A stretch of 64,000 nucleotides of DNA, taken from the NCBI GenBank assembly GCA_964016885.1, contig OZ024741.1:163804001-163868000 (forward strand), given 5' to 3'. The position numbers and the translations under genes are program-made. Below the pieces are notes generated by a model. It saw nothing but the letters and a program-made list of their open reading frames with translations, ran no database searches and had not been told where the DNA came from. Source of the DNA: Eledone cirrhosa. Lineage: Eukaryota. Positions 1 to 12,762 of the stretch are shown piece by piece; within the stretch, counting starts at the first letter, position 1, and each line of letters opens with the position of its first letter.

Positions 1-56
1 CTATATATATATATATATATATATATAAACATACAGTTTGTTTTATATATAAATTA

Positions 57-529
57 GTGCTCTGAAATAGCGATGTATACATGAATGTATGTATAGTATA
101 TTTGGCAATATACCGTATGTTTAATTAAAAACATTTTGAAGACCTTGCGCTATCATTTTAAAGTAGTGACTATGTCGCTTACTTCTTTTTTCGGCAAAGG
201 AAGGGAGAGAAGCTGCCAGATTCTGTTTCACTGTTGGTGATCCTCAGAGCAACGTACTCCCCGCCTTTGCCAAAACTTTTAGAGCTAGATTCTTATAGAA
301 TTCCAGTAATAATCAGGAACTGGTTATACAGAGCGATTGCCGTTCCAGCAAAAATTAAAATTTAGGATTGGTGCTCTGAAATAGCGATGTATACATGAAT
401 GTATGTATAGTATATTTGGCAATATACCGTATGTTTAATTAAAAACATTTTGAAGACCTTGCGCTATCATTTTAAAGTAGTGACTATGTCACTTATTTCT
501 TTTTTCGGCAAAGGAAAGGAGAGAAGCTG
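57..529. repeat. 159-bp direct repeat pair (57-215 and 371-529), PLE pseudo-LTR-like
   Basis: Near-identical copies from GTGCTCTGAAATAGCG to GAGAGAAGCTG, flanked by (TA)n; a degenerate HHR-like motif lies on the minus strand at 212-250. Confidence 0.85.
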
Positions 530-544
530 ACATATTTACATATA

Positions 545-582
<38 letters not shown>

Positions 583-624
583 CGTTTATATATATATATG
601 TGTGTGTATGTTTAAATGTATATA

Positions 625-667
<43 letters not shown>

Positions 668-696
668 GTATGTATGTATGTATATATGTATAATGT

Positions 697-1706
697 GTGT
701 ATATGGAAAGCTCTATGTGTGACAGTATAGAAGCTCTCGTGCTTAAGCAACGACTCCGTTGGAGTGGTCACCTTGCCAGGATGAAGGATTCTAGAATACC
801 AAAACAACTCTTTTATGGAGAGTTGGTTAAAGGAAAACGACCGCCATATAAACCAAAAAAGAGTTATAAGGATTCCTTGAAAGCCTCTCTGAAAGACGCT
901 AACATCTCTGCTGATACATGGGAAAATATTGCTGCTGATCGTAATAAATGGAGAAAGACTGTATATGAGGGAAAAGTTGCCTTTGAGGCATCTCGAATCG
1001 CATACGAGAAAGTAAAGCGGGATGTGAGGAAGGGCATTGCTGTTGCACTTCCAGACGGCGAGGGTCCTCCTATGGTGCTGACATGCAGCGCTTGTGCGAG
1101 ACTCTGCCTAAGCAAAGCTGGACTCGAAAGTCATCTTCGCGGTCATAAAGTAAGACCAGTGGTTGACTACCAGGCTGCTGTTGGAGATGCTACTCATCAT
1201 GCTTGGCAAACATGTGGTAGAGAATGTAAATCAGCAGGAGGGCTCAAACGACATGCAAAAGTACATGAACTCCAACCACAGCCGGCTATTGCCAATGAAT
1301 GTTTTGGTTGCCGACTCTGTGCAAGACATTTTAGATCATTGGCTGGGCTAAAAAGCCACATTCGATCGCAACGCTCTTAGTTGCTATCGTGTATGTGTAT
1401 AGATATGTTTATGTGTTCGCGTGTGTGTGTATATATGTATATGTATATTATTATTGTTGTTATTATTATGTACTGGGTGATTGCTGGCCTTGTGCCAAAA
1501 GTAGAAACAATTATTATTATTATTATTGTTATTAATGTATATGTGTGTATGTATATATATATGTGTGTATATATGTATATGTATGTGTGTATGTATATAT
1601 ATATATATATTTCTTTTTTTTTATTTTATTTTATTTTTTATTTATCTATTATTATTTTTTTCTCCTCGTGCAATGGCCATACTCGATAACGAGGGGGCAG
1701 CCATCA

Positions 1707-1708
<2 letters not shown>
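697..1708 (+). mobile_element. 5'-truncated RTE-clade LINE 3' end with three C-terminal C2H2-like zinc fingers
   Basis: ORF 697-1380 has LRWSGHLARMKDSRIPKQLFYGEL (RTE post-RT motif), then CSAC..HLRGH, (W)QTC..HAKVH and CRLC..HIRSQ. A 3' tail GCAATGGCCATACTCGATAACGAGGGGGCAGCCATCA ends at ~1706. Confidence 0.85.
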
Positions 1709-1765
<57 letters not shown>

Positions 1766-2406
1766 CATATTCAGATGATAGAAAACAATTCTTACATCAT
1801 TTAATGATGTAAGAATCATCATTTAATGTTTTACATTAAAGGTTCTTAACGCCCCCCCCCCCCCCCCCCCCCGGGTGTTTCGTAGCTCCAGGGGGTGTTA
1901 TGCAGTGAGGGGGCGAGGGGGGCGTTATGCAGTGAGGGGCGTTAGGGGGGGGGGGCGTTACACAGTGAGGGGGCGTTAGGGGGCCGTTATGCAGTAAGGG
2001 GGCGTTTGAAACTTTGAGGGTGCTAAAAGCCCCTTTAGTTTCGTAAGTTTGATAAGTCATATTTCTACGTCTCTTAGACAATCAGTGATTTGAATGAAGA
2101 AAACGAAGAAAATAAATAAAAGAAGCTTGACAACGAATTCCCTAGGGAGATAAAAGAAAATCAAAAGAAATCAAAGAGAATGAAAGTAAGGACTCCTTCA
2201 ACAGAAATGACAAGAAGAAGCAATGGTGGTGAACATACACACACACACATACACACACACACATATTTACACGCACAGGTCGGCATTAGTGTTTGATGAG
2301 GTTGAGAACCTGATCAGCTTTCAGCCAGAGGTGTGGTATTTAATCTCCCTAGATAAAATCTGGCGACAAAAATGTTCTCCTTACCACTTAAATATAAATG
2401 TAAATG

Positions 2407-2493
<87 letters not shown>

Positions 2494-2777
2494 CTACATA
2501 CATATATATATAATTGGAAAGCAGTAAAATCGAATCTCTGGCGGTTTGCAAGTAAATTCGGCCTACTTATATGAAATGATGAGTTAGCAAAGCACTCGAT
2601 AAGATAGGACCTCAGAGTGATAACATACGTTTAAATAGCTTGACAAACCGAATATTTGTGGTAGATAAATATGCATACATATATATATATATATGCATAC
2701 ATACATAGATATAGATATAAATATACATACATACATATATATATAAATATATATATATATATAAATCTACATACATA

Positions 2778-2836
<59 letters not shown>

Positions 2837-2883
2837 CTACATACATACATATATTTATATATATATATATATATATATAAATC

Positions 2884-2933
<50 letters not shown>

Positions 2934-3043
2934 CATATATATAAATCTATATACATACATATATACATACATTTACGTATGTATATAGCTATGCATTTAT
3001 ACATTTGTATATATACATGCATTTATATTTAAGTGTGTAAGGT

Positions 3044-3104
<61 letters not shown>

Positions 3105-3129
3105 TAATGTGTGTGTGTGTATAATATAT

Positions 3130-3186
<57 letters not shown>

Positions 3187-3189
<3 letters not shown>

Positions 3190-3380
3190 GTGTGACAAGA
3201 AGCTTGTTTCCCAACCACATATTCCAGGTTCAGTCCTACTGCCCGGGCCGACCAAAGCCCTGAGAGTGGATTTGATAGATCGAAACTAAAAGAAGCCCGT
3301 CGTATATATGTCTGTGTGTGTCTTTGCGTTTGTGTTTGCCCTCCCACCAATGCTTGTTGGTTTGTTGACGTCCCCATAAC
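3187..3380 (+). mobile_element. tRNA-derived SINE (octopus-like family 1), internally deleted
   Basis: AAGAAGCTTGTTTCCCAACCAC..GGTTCAGTCC B-box-like head, then GGGCCGACCAAAGCC..GAAACTAAAAGAAGCCCGTCG body. Confidence 0.7.
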
Positions 3381-3432
3381 ATACCAAGGTGATGCTCCAG
3401 CATGGCGTAGTCCAGAGACAGAAAAAAAGTAA

Positions 3433-3490
<58 letters not shown>

Positions 3491-3515
3491 TGTTGGTGTG
3501 TGTGTGTGTGTGTAG

Positions 3516-3688
3516 AAGGGGGCTCTCAACTCAAGGACACAAAAGGGCTATTACGTCCTGGAGGAGAGGCACAGTGGGCCAAACGTGGTGTAGGTGAACA
3601 TTTTCACCAGTTATAATGCGATATGAAATATTGGTTCTACCACGGGCCACAGATAAGTAGTTCGCGGGCCGCATGTGTGAGCCCCCTG
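3516..3688. mobile_element. Small hAT-type MITE
   Basis: Imperfect TIRs AAGGGGGCTCTCA / TGTGAGCCCCCTG and subterminal CGGGCC motifs; TSD not resolved. Confidence 0.5.
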
Positions 3689-3769
3689 TTGGAGATAGAT
3701 AGATAGATAGATGTGTACCAAACACACACACATTTCTTACTCTCTCTGTCCCTCCCTCTTTCTCTCTTC

Positions 3770-3809
<40 letters not shown>

Positions 3810-3814
3810 ATATA

Positions 3815-3900
<86 letters not shown>

Positions 3901-4150
3901 TATATGTGTGTGTGTGTGTGTGTGTGGAGCATTGTTATTTGGCGTTGGTGAAAAGAGCAGTGGCCTTTCACCTGGCAATAAAAAACTGTAAACAAAATTC
4001 TATCTGTACCCAAACCAATATATATATATATAGATAGATACACAGACACACACAAACACACATAGACACGCACACACGCACACACACACACACACATATA
4101 TATATACATACACACACATATACATACACACACACAAATTTGTGTGTGTT

Positions 4151-4194
<44 letters not shown>

Positions 4195-4660
4195 CGTGCG
4201 TGCGTGTCTATGTGTGTTTGTGTGTGTCTGTGTATCTATATATAAGTGATACAAATACTACTTTCTCACTGTCCCCAAGCTTCATTCGTTGCTAAGTATT
4301 TTATTTTGCTACGAGGTATTTTATTTTGCAAGGTACTATTTTTGCCCTGAGTTTCTGATTTCAGAGAAAGGTAAGAAATTCTTCATATTTTACATCTTTT
4401 GACTTTACAGCTTGAATTGTAGAATTGTTTATCCAATCAAAATATTACAACAGCTAACAATGAAATATAGAATTTAAAAAAAAAAAGCTTTTTCGACTGA
4501 AATCAAGTCTTTGAGAACATTCACGTCTATTTTTCAAAAATATATAATTTGAAATAGTTTGCTTTTGTTTTGGACTGAAACTTTTTTTGTATTTAATTCG
4601 TACGGGTGTTTTTTAAAGATCTTTTTAAAGATTCTAACATAACTTGATCTGGCCCATTAC

Positions 4661-6062
4661 GTGCACTGCGGCATTCATATTTCTCAACTTATTATAACTA
4701 AGTCTGTACAACAAGCTTCGCTTATCAAAAATGTTCTAGGTTACGGGAATGAATTGCGGAAACTATATAGTACATCAGGGAAATTTAAGCAAGCGTATTT
4801 ATCACAACATGATGAAGAAAATGAAGTATCGTCACCACGCTCCTTAACACCTGTGTGCCCTACTCGATGGCTAACACGACTTTCTGCAGTCAAAGCCCTT
4901 ATTGACAATTATTCAGATGTCCCTATTTCTTTACAAGAGGCAACAAATGAGTTTGCCACCAACATTGCATCCAGAGCTAATGTTATTCTTACGTGTCACT
5001 CTCCGGGCCAATGTGTTCTTGGATTGCACGTTGTAGTTCCATTACTTCAATTCCTTGAAGGATTGAACAAATCTTTTCAAAGTACCACCTTCAAACTAGG
5101 TAGCATGTTGCATAGTGTCAAACTGGTGCAGGAGGAGCTAAAAAATCTACGCAGTGAAGAAAAATTTCAGGAGCTGTTCAATACAGAAGAAAAAATGATT
5201 TATCAACTCGATATTTCTCCTTTGAAAAGTTCCTAAAAGATACCAGGAAGGAAATGCGTTAAAATATCAACACTGCACTGCTTTGGATCATTACAGAGTG
5301 CAGTATTTGCAGGTAGCGGATACTGCAATATCAAAATTTAGAGATTTTTTTTTTCACAGGATTTAGCAGATTATGAAAAACTGAGCAATATTTTACACAA
5401 TGGAAATGTTTGTGCTGAAGTGATCATGCACTATCCAGAGCTTGATGAATTTTCTTTAAGGAACGAAATACTTTTTTATAGAAATCATCATAGTGGATCA
5501 TCTCTCGGGGATCATCGTAAAATATTCGGTGAAATGCAACCAGAAGTCCGTCGCATGTTTTTAAATGATGAGCGATTGTTCAGACTACTTTTAATGTTTC
5601 CAACCAGTTCTTGTGAAGCTGAAAGATCTTTTAGCGCTCTGCAGAGACTCAAAACTTGGTTGCGATCGACCATGACTCAGCAAAGGTTGAATCATATTCT
5701 AATATGAGACGTTCATAAAGATGTTTTGAAAAAGATTAGTTGCGAAGAAGTTGCTAAATTATTTATTGACAGCAATGATGCTAAATATGATACATTTGGA
5801 AAGTTTAAAAGACAATAAATTTACTTTATATGATTTTTATTCAAACGTCTATGTTTTATTTTTTGTTTATTTGATATAATAAATACTTTTTAAGCTTATT
5901 TTCTTTATATCTGAACTTCATTTGAATATATAAAATGTAATTAGCGTAAAGAAATTTTTACATATGTGATAGGGTTCAGGAAAGACACCATAAGTAATAC
6001 TAAAATGCTCCAACAAATGTTGGTTTGTCCCCCTCACATTTTTAAGGCAAACGAGGCCCCTG
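4661..6062 (+). pseudogene. Decayed hAT transposase C-terminal half (Tip100/ZMYM1-like) with right end
   Basis: CPTRWLTR motif and dimerisation motif SSCEAERSFSALQRLKTWLRSTMTQQRLN; stops and frameshifts; TIR-like end ACGAGGCCCCTG at 6062. Confidence 0.8.
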
Positions 6063-6792
6063 GAAAAGAGCAACATTATTCATTGACCCGTTCATCGCCG
6101 TGATCGGCTTGACCTCGATACTTCAGCTCATTCTTACTAACATTCGGTTTGCTTGACCCCATCTTCTCTTCATTGCATTTCCACATCATTTATTCTATAA
6201 CTAGGTTGTTGCTATTCCTATATAAACTGACTGTTTATACTACGATCAAGTCTTGTTATAGCCTTGGGTTTAAGGAAGTGCTTTTGTAGTCTTCAACAGT
6301 CATCCATTATAATTGCAGCACCATTACAAGAATATCACAGTAATGCATTAAAGTAAGGGCGATAATTTGAGTAACTCTGACTAATAAGTAATATCTTAAC
6401 TTAGTATTATCGCGTCTTATCATTACGTGCTTAATTGATGAATTCCATTTAACATTACTAGTCATACTTGCATTAAGTTCTCTTGAACTCGTTGCCTCGT
6501 TGATCCTTTATTGAGTATGCCACCTTAATTCCCTCAAGCTAAGTTATTACTATTCCTACACGAAAGACTGGTTAATCTTCATATATAACTTGTCTCGACT
6601 TGGTTAATTAATGACAGTATTTGTCTTTTTCATTGCAGTTTTGTTTATTACAAAGTGTTATTCCAGAACATTACTTGAAACTTTATCATACTGGAACAGG
6701 ACTCATTATAGTAAATTCCTTATACATAATTTTATAGGCTTATATAGGCAAATCTTTGCGTAACTTTACCAAACACATTCGCTAAACAGAAA

Positions 6793-8551
6793 ATGGCCTC
6801 AGCAATGAAGAAAAGATGCAGGCAGTACAGCGTTGATTACTTACGGTTCGGATTCATCCCATCGCCGTCGAACCACCTGTCACCCATGTATTTAATTTGC
6901 AAGGAGTCCTTTTCGAATGAGGCGATGAAGGCATCGCGTTTGAGTAGACACCTGGAGGTGAGGCACCCCGATAAGAGATATAAAGATTTAGCATACTTTC
7001 AGTCTCTTAGGGACCAATTCCAGAAAACAACACTAATTTCTCCTGCCTTTTCAAAAGTTGAAGCTTCTTACAATATTGCCAACATAATCGCAAAGTATTG
7101 CAAGCCCGATTCCTTTGTTGAAACATTGGTAGCCCCTGTCATCTCAGTAGTTCTTTCAACAGTACTACGCCAGAACCCGTTAAAGACCTTGAAATGTATT
7201 CCGTTGAGTAACGACTCAATAAAGAGACGCATCGACGAAATGGCGGAAAATGTTGAACAAAAATTATGCAACATCTTGAAATCGACACAATTTGCTTTGC
7301 AACTTGATGAAAGCACACTTTCCAGGAATCAGTCCTTACTACTGGGATACGTGCGATTTTTCCACCAAAACGAAATGCACGAGGAGCTTCTCTTCACTCT
7401 GAATCTAGCCACAGATACTAAAGGTGCCACGATCTTTGAATCTGTCAAGGGATACCTCGAAGTAAAAGAGATACCTCTTAACAATATTATATCATGTGCT
7501 ACTGACGGCGCAAGAGCAATGGTCGGCCAACATAAGGGTTTCGTCTCTCTTCTGAAGAGGGAAAATCCATCTGTATTTGCTGTTCATTGTGTCATTCATC
7601 GACAACACTTGGCTGCGAAGAAACTCAGCGAGCCACTGAGCAAGTCTTTGCAGGTAGCCATTGAAGTCATCAATTATATCAAACGCCATGCCCTCAATGA
7701 ACGAATTTCCCGGCAACTGTGCGAAGATAATGACGAAGAATACTTCGAGTTGCTCCTTCATACTGAAGTGAGGTGGCTTTCAAAGGGCAAGTGCTTTACT
7801 CGCTTCTTTGAACTGTTCGACTCTATCATTGAGTTTCTTCGAGGACGCAACACAGAACTATATAAAAAAGAACCCGATGTGAGGCAAGACTGCGCCTACC
7901 TCGCCGACATCTTTGACAAATGCAATAGCCTCATTATGGCTTTGCAGGGGGAGAAGATCACCTTTTTTAAAGCAAGGAATGCTGTGAAAATATTCCTGGT
8001 CAAATTGAAAGTCATCGAAAGGAATCTTTGTCGACGGGAATTCTATAATTTTCCTAGTGTCGCCAATGTTCAAAACATTTTGAGCGATGACCAACTGCAA
8101 ATTTATACCGCGCACCTCCGTGCACTACAAGACAACATGAGAGAACGGTTTGTCGATCTTTTGCAGATGGACACCATAATGTGGATAGCAGATCCCTTCA
8201 TAGCTAACGTCGACGATTTCGACGTTAAATTTCAGGAAGAATTAATTGAACTTCAAACAGATGACAGTATCATAATAAAATTATCCAAAATAAGTCAACC
8301 CCTTTTTTTGGATGCAAGAGGAAATTCAGCGTCGATTTCCACTCCTGCATGCAGAGGCTAAGAGATTTGCTTTGCCTTTTCCTAGCTCATACTTAGTCGA
8401 GAGGGGGTTTGGCGTTGTTTCCAGACTGCATAGTAAGGCTCGCAACTGCTACAATGTGATTGCACGTGGAGATCTCCGGCTACAACTCACAAAAATCCAG
8501 CCTGACGTCAAAGAGTTAGCTAAACTCCATGAAGCTCAAGGGTCCCATTGA
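6793..8551 (+). pseudogene. Buster/Charlie-type hAT transposase (ZBED5/ZBED8/SCAND3-like), frameshifted near 8310
   Basis: Degenerate BED finger, LQLDEST, ATDGARAM, HCVIHRQHL, EVRWLS. The catalytic E and C-terminus (SSYLVERGF..QGSH) continue in ORF 8312-8551. Confidence 0.9.
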
Positions 8552-10052
8552 TACGAGGTCAAAGTAAGTCGGTTTGTTATTTGTAGTTGCAGTCTGACTG
8601 GACTGGAAACCATCTACCACAATTCACTTACTCATTTGTTGTATATATTTTACCGTTTACTAATGAATATACCCTCTTACGTGGTCATGAAAACCCTCTT
8701 GCGTGGTCTCAAAGCTCACAAAGCGGAGGAGACATCAAGTTAGATATCAACATTTATTCTGTCCGTTTCATTAAAGGGAAAATTGGAAAGCTTTGAAATA
8801 ATACAATTGCCACTTTTTTCCAGATAAGAGCACTCTATGGATAGACAAAGTTGCTCTTGTATAAATGTTCAAATTAGCTGGTATCGTCTGGTGGGAATAT
8901 AACAAATTCAACTGGACCTTATTCATAAAAAAGAACATTTATGTTCCTTTTTTGAAATGTATATACTTCCTTTCAAGGAATGTATTTATACTTTCAACTG
9001 CCTGCAATGATATCTTTGGAATATCGTTAATCAATTTTTTAGTAATCTACTGATATCAAAATCAGTAGTATATTGAAAAATTGAGAAAAAAAAGGGTAGG
9101 GGGCGTTTCGTGATTTCGAAGGGAAAAAGGGGGCGTTTTTCCGAAATGGGTTGAGAACCTTTGATTTACATCATTTAATGTTTCAGGGTTGTTTGAATAC
9201 ATCACTCACACAAATTAACAATGCCAGTACAATATAATAAAATAAAATGGAGAAAAATATATATTGAACATAGATAAATATCATTGATTTTTGTACATCT
9301 TTAGAAGCATCAATACCTCATGAGTTAATGAAAAGCAAGCACAGAAAGTGAAAATGTGTTCACCCATTGAAAGCTACATTTTTAATAAAATATTTAAGAC
9401 GACGAACCCTTAATCATGATGCTATAATGAATGCAATCGAATATTTTAAATATAGTACCGATATCAGTACACCTGACTAATGAATCTTTAAGATGACATA
9501 TAAAAGGAAATAACTGCAAAGAAAATTCTATATTTCAATTGGATTAACACATGGGATCGTAATCATGTTTCTGAAGATACACAACAGTCAATATATATTG
9601 TTTTTCCTTTATTAAATTGGTATTCTTTTTATGTGTTGTATTGAAACAATTGTAAAGCATTAAATCATTTTAAAAACTCTTTTTATCATCTGAATTTCTT
9701 ATAAATAGTCTGTTTTATATATGTTATCTTTTCTTCTTCTATTCTTTAATGTCACCTCTTCTGTATTTCGATCTATAACTATGTAAACACATTGAGCTTA
9801 AATATATCATTGCTAAGCAATTTTTAGATTTTCTTCAGTCAACTCTATGTATACACACACACCCATTCATAAATGTATATATATTTACATATATATATAT
9901 ATATGTGTTTGTGTGTGTGTGTATTCATATATATATGTATATATATATTTGTATATATTAAAGTGAGTGCGAAATAGAATACGGTGCACGATTGAAAATA
10001 GAAAATAGTCAATTAGGGCATATAAACCTCCGTAACGGAAAACAACTTGTCA

Positions 10053-10128
10053 TTAGCATGCGTGGGAATCGAACCCGCAGCTATTGTCTTTGCGATAAAC
10101 ATGGTAACAGATTACACCAACGTAGCCA
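10053..10128 (-). pseudogene. tRNA-like pseudogene or SINE head
   Basis: Minus strand has A-box-like TGGTGTAATCTG and B-box GGTTCGATTCC; acceptor and anticodon stems pair poorly. Confidence 0.4.
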
Positions 10129-10202
10129 ACCTATGTTTTACATTAAATATAGAAGCACTCGAGTAAATAGTGTGAATTAGAATATAGTGACAACTAAAAA
10201 TT

Positions 10203-10233
<31 letters not shown>

Positions 10234-10347
10234 AGATATATAGATAGATATAGATATATAGATATATAGATATATATAGATATAGATATATATAGATATA
10301 TATAGATATATAGATATATATATAGATATATATAGATATATATATAT

Positions 10348-10388
<41 letters not shown>

Positions 10389-10462
10389 TATATATAGATA
10401 TAGATATAGATATATATATAGATAGATAGATATATATATATATAGATAGATATAGATATATA

Positions 10463-10516
<54 letters not shown>

Positions 10517-10544
10517 AAATGATTAAAATTTAGCTTCGTTTATT

Positions 10545-10599
10545 ACTGCTATATATATTTCAGTGACAGCTATCTTTGGCTGTGACCTCTTCAGGCAGT
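10545..10599 (-). ncRNA. Type I hammerhead ribozyme motif
   Basis: Reverse complement reads ACTGC-CTGAAGA-GGTCACAGCC AAAGAT AGCTGTCACT-GAAA-TATATA-TA-GCAGT. Confidence 0.8.
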
Positions 10600-10807
10600 T
10601 TGAATTAGTATGGTATAGACAAGTACATATGTTGTTTAGGTGTATAATATTGTCAATACTCTGATATGCCCAGTTCCTTGTTGGGTTGTTAATTCACTGG
10701 GGAACTGCAGTGAATTAACAACCCAACAAGGAACTGGGCATATCAGAGTATTGACAATATTATACACCTAAACAACATATGTACTTGTCTATACCATACT
10801 AATTCAA

Positions 10808-10862
10808 ACTGCCTGAAGAGGTCACAGCCAAAGATGGTTGTCACTGAAATATATATAGCAGT
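10808..10862 (+). ncRNA. Type I hammerhead ribozyme motif
   Basis: ACTGC-CTGAAGA-GGTCACAGCC AAAGAT GGTTGTCACT-GAAA-TATATA-TA-GCAGT; stem I ACTGC/GCAGT. Confidence 0.85.
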
Positions 10863-10906
10863 AATAAACGAAGCTAAATTTTAATCATTTGACTTTTATT
10901 TAACTT

Positions 10907-10946
<40 letters not shown>

Positions 10947-11096
10947 CAGTAATAAACGAAGCTAAATTTTAATCATTTGACTTTTATTTAACTTTATTTT
11001 ACACTACTCCGGAGTAACCAAACCAACCTGCGCACTTCGCCGAGTGCTCCAGCCTACATACTGAGGTGTTGGTATACAACCAACATAAACTCAAAA

Positions 11097-11171
<75 letters not shown>

Positions 11172-11216
11172 AAGTAAAATAAAAAGTCAAATGTTTAAAA
11201 TTTAGCTTCGTTTATT

Positions 11217-11273
11217 ACTGCTATATATATATTTCGGTGACAGCCATCTTTGGCTGTGACCTCTTCAGGCAGT
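11217..11273 (-). ncRNA. Type I hammerhead ribozyme motif in PLE 3' terminus
   Basis: Reverse complement reads ACTGC-CTGAAGA-GGTCACAGCC AAAGAT GGCTGTCACC-GAAA-TATATATA-TA-GCAGT. Confidence 0.85.
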
Positions 11274-12762
11274 CCGATTTGGTGAGGTATAGACAAGTAC
11301 ATATGTTGTTGAGGTGTATAATGTTGTCAATACTCTGATATGTCCAGTTCCTGGTTGGGTTGTTATTTCACTGAGGAACTGGAATCATATGAATTCAAAC
11401 AAACGAATTTCAGTGTCAAAGTGTCTCCTCTCATTGGTCAGTTGTTAGAACATTCCTCATTCAAAAGTCTATAGAAATTCGTTCTGAGGCAAGCCAATCT
11501 GTAGTAGTTGTTCTTGTTATTGTTAGGTACCTCTGACTTCAATTCTTGTGTTGGTAGTGTTGTTATTGTTGGAGTTAGCTTAAAAAATTGATAAAGTGGT
11601 AGAAGGAACAAGGTGGTAAAGGAACAAAATAACAAAAAAGTGTCAAACTTCCCATTGGTCAGTTTTGAGAGCATTCCTCAGTCAGAAGTCTATAGAGATT
11701 CTTTCTGGGGTGAGGCTCCCTGTAGTGTTTGTGTTTGCTATTGTTAAGTACATTTGACCTCTACTCTTATTTCAGTAGTGTTGTTGGTGTTGTAGTCAGC
11801 TTATGCCTTGCTGCTGCTGACAATTTAGAAGTATCTGTGTGTGTTTTTCCATCCCTCCTGCCACCATCACCCGTGGTGGTGGGGGGGGGGTTATTTCATG
11901 TATATGAAGAAATATAAGGCAATAAATGAAGAAAACAGAAAATAAATAATAAATAGAGAATAAAGAATAAATGAAAAATTGGTGAAAAAGTAATGAAAAT
12001 GAATATGGAGAAGTGAAAAATAAAATGAAGATTCTAATAAAGTAGGATGAAGTGTGTGTGCTATAACCAATCTCAAGGTCAGAAATATGTTGGATAGATT
12101 GGTATGAGGAACAAGATGTTAAAAGAATAAGATAATCAAACAAAATGTGTTTGTGTTATAATCAATCTCAACTTAAAAATAAATATAAGGTGATACAGTG
12201 GAGAGAACAGAAAACAAATAACAAATTAATAAAGAGAAATCAAGATTGAAAATTGAAAATTGAAAATCAGAAATCAAGTTTGCATGTCCCGAAGAAGTCG
12301 GTTCTGGGGTTTATCAGGCCGCTTCCACCTCTTAGTATCTCGAGGGTCTTGTTCAGGCATAGTTTGCATATGCAAGATCCCCCTTTATCGGGTGGTACTT
12401 TTCTGATTATGTACCAGGCCAGAGATTACGGGGTCCTGTCCAGCTTAAGCTTCCAGATCAGGTCGGAGAGAGCCGTGCTTTTCCTTTTGGCCTCCTTATT
12501 GAATGAATGGCGATGGTTGTACCAGCGGTCTTTAAAGCTCGTTGATGTGGCTCCTATGTAGAGGTGTTCGGAGTTGGGGTTTTAACCCTACAACCTTATA
12601 CTAGGTTCTCCTTAAGGCATTCATTACCAAGAGGGCATGATTCGGGGTTTCTGCAGTTGCAGAGGTTGGTCGACCTCTGCGTGCCTAGATTGGGGTTCCC
12701 GTTAGGTGTTACATGTTGGTCTTCCCCCAGGCACGGTGGGGTCCCCGGGTCTGTTTGGGTTT

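Larger units (their letters stand above)
1837..9163 (+). mobile_element. Full-length hAT (Buster/Charlie-type) DNA transposon with nested insertions
   Basis: TIRs TAAAGGTTCTTAAC (1837) and GTTGAGAACCTTTG (ends 9163); 8-bp TSD TTTTACAT/ATTTACAT (7/8); GGGGGCGTT subterminal repeats at both ends; transposase inside. Confidence 0.85.
10514..10893. repeat. Near-perfect fold-back (186-bp arms, 8-nt spacer) built from the 3' terminus of the adjacent PLE family
   Basis: 10514-10699 is the reverse complement of 10708-10893; homologous to 11186-11372 and 15307-15490; flanked by (TA)n. Confidence 0.95.

Noticed and set aside
1381-4133. Many [12 protein letters not shown] ORFs here and throughout the window
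   Set aside because: They are translations of (TA)n and (CA)n microsatellites, which lack stop codons
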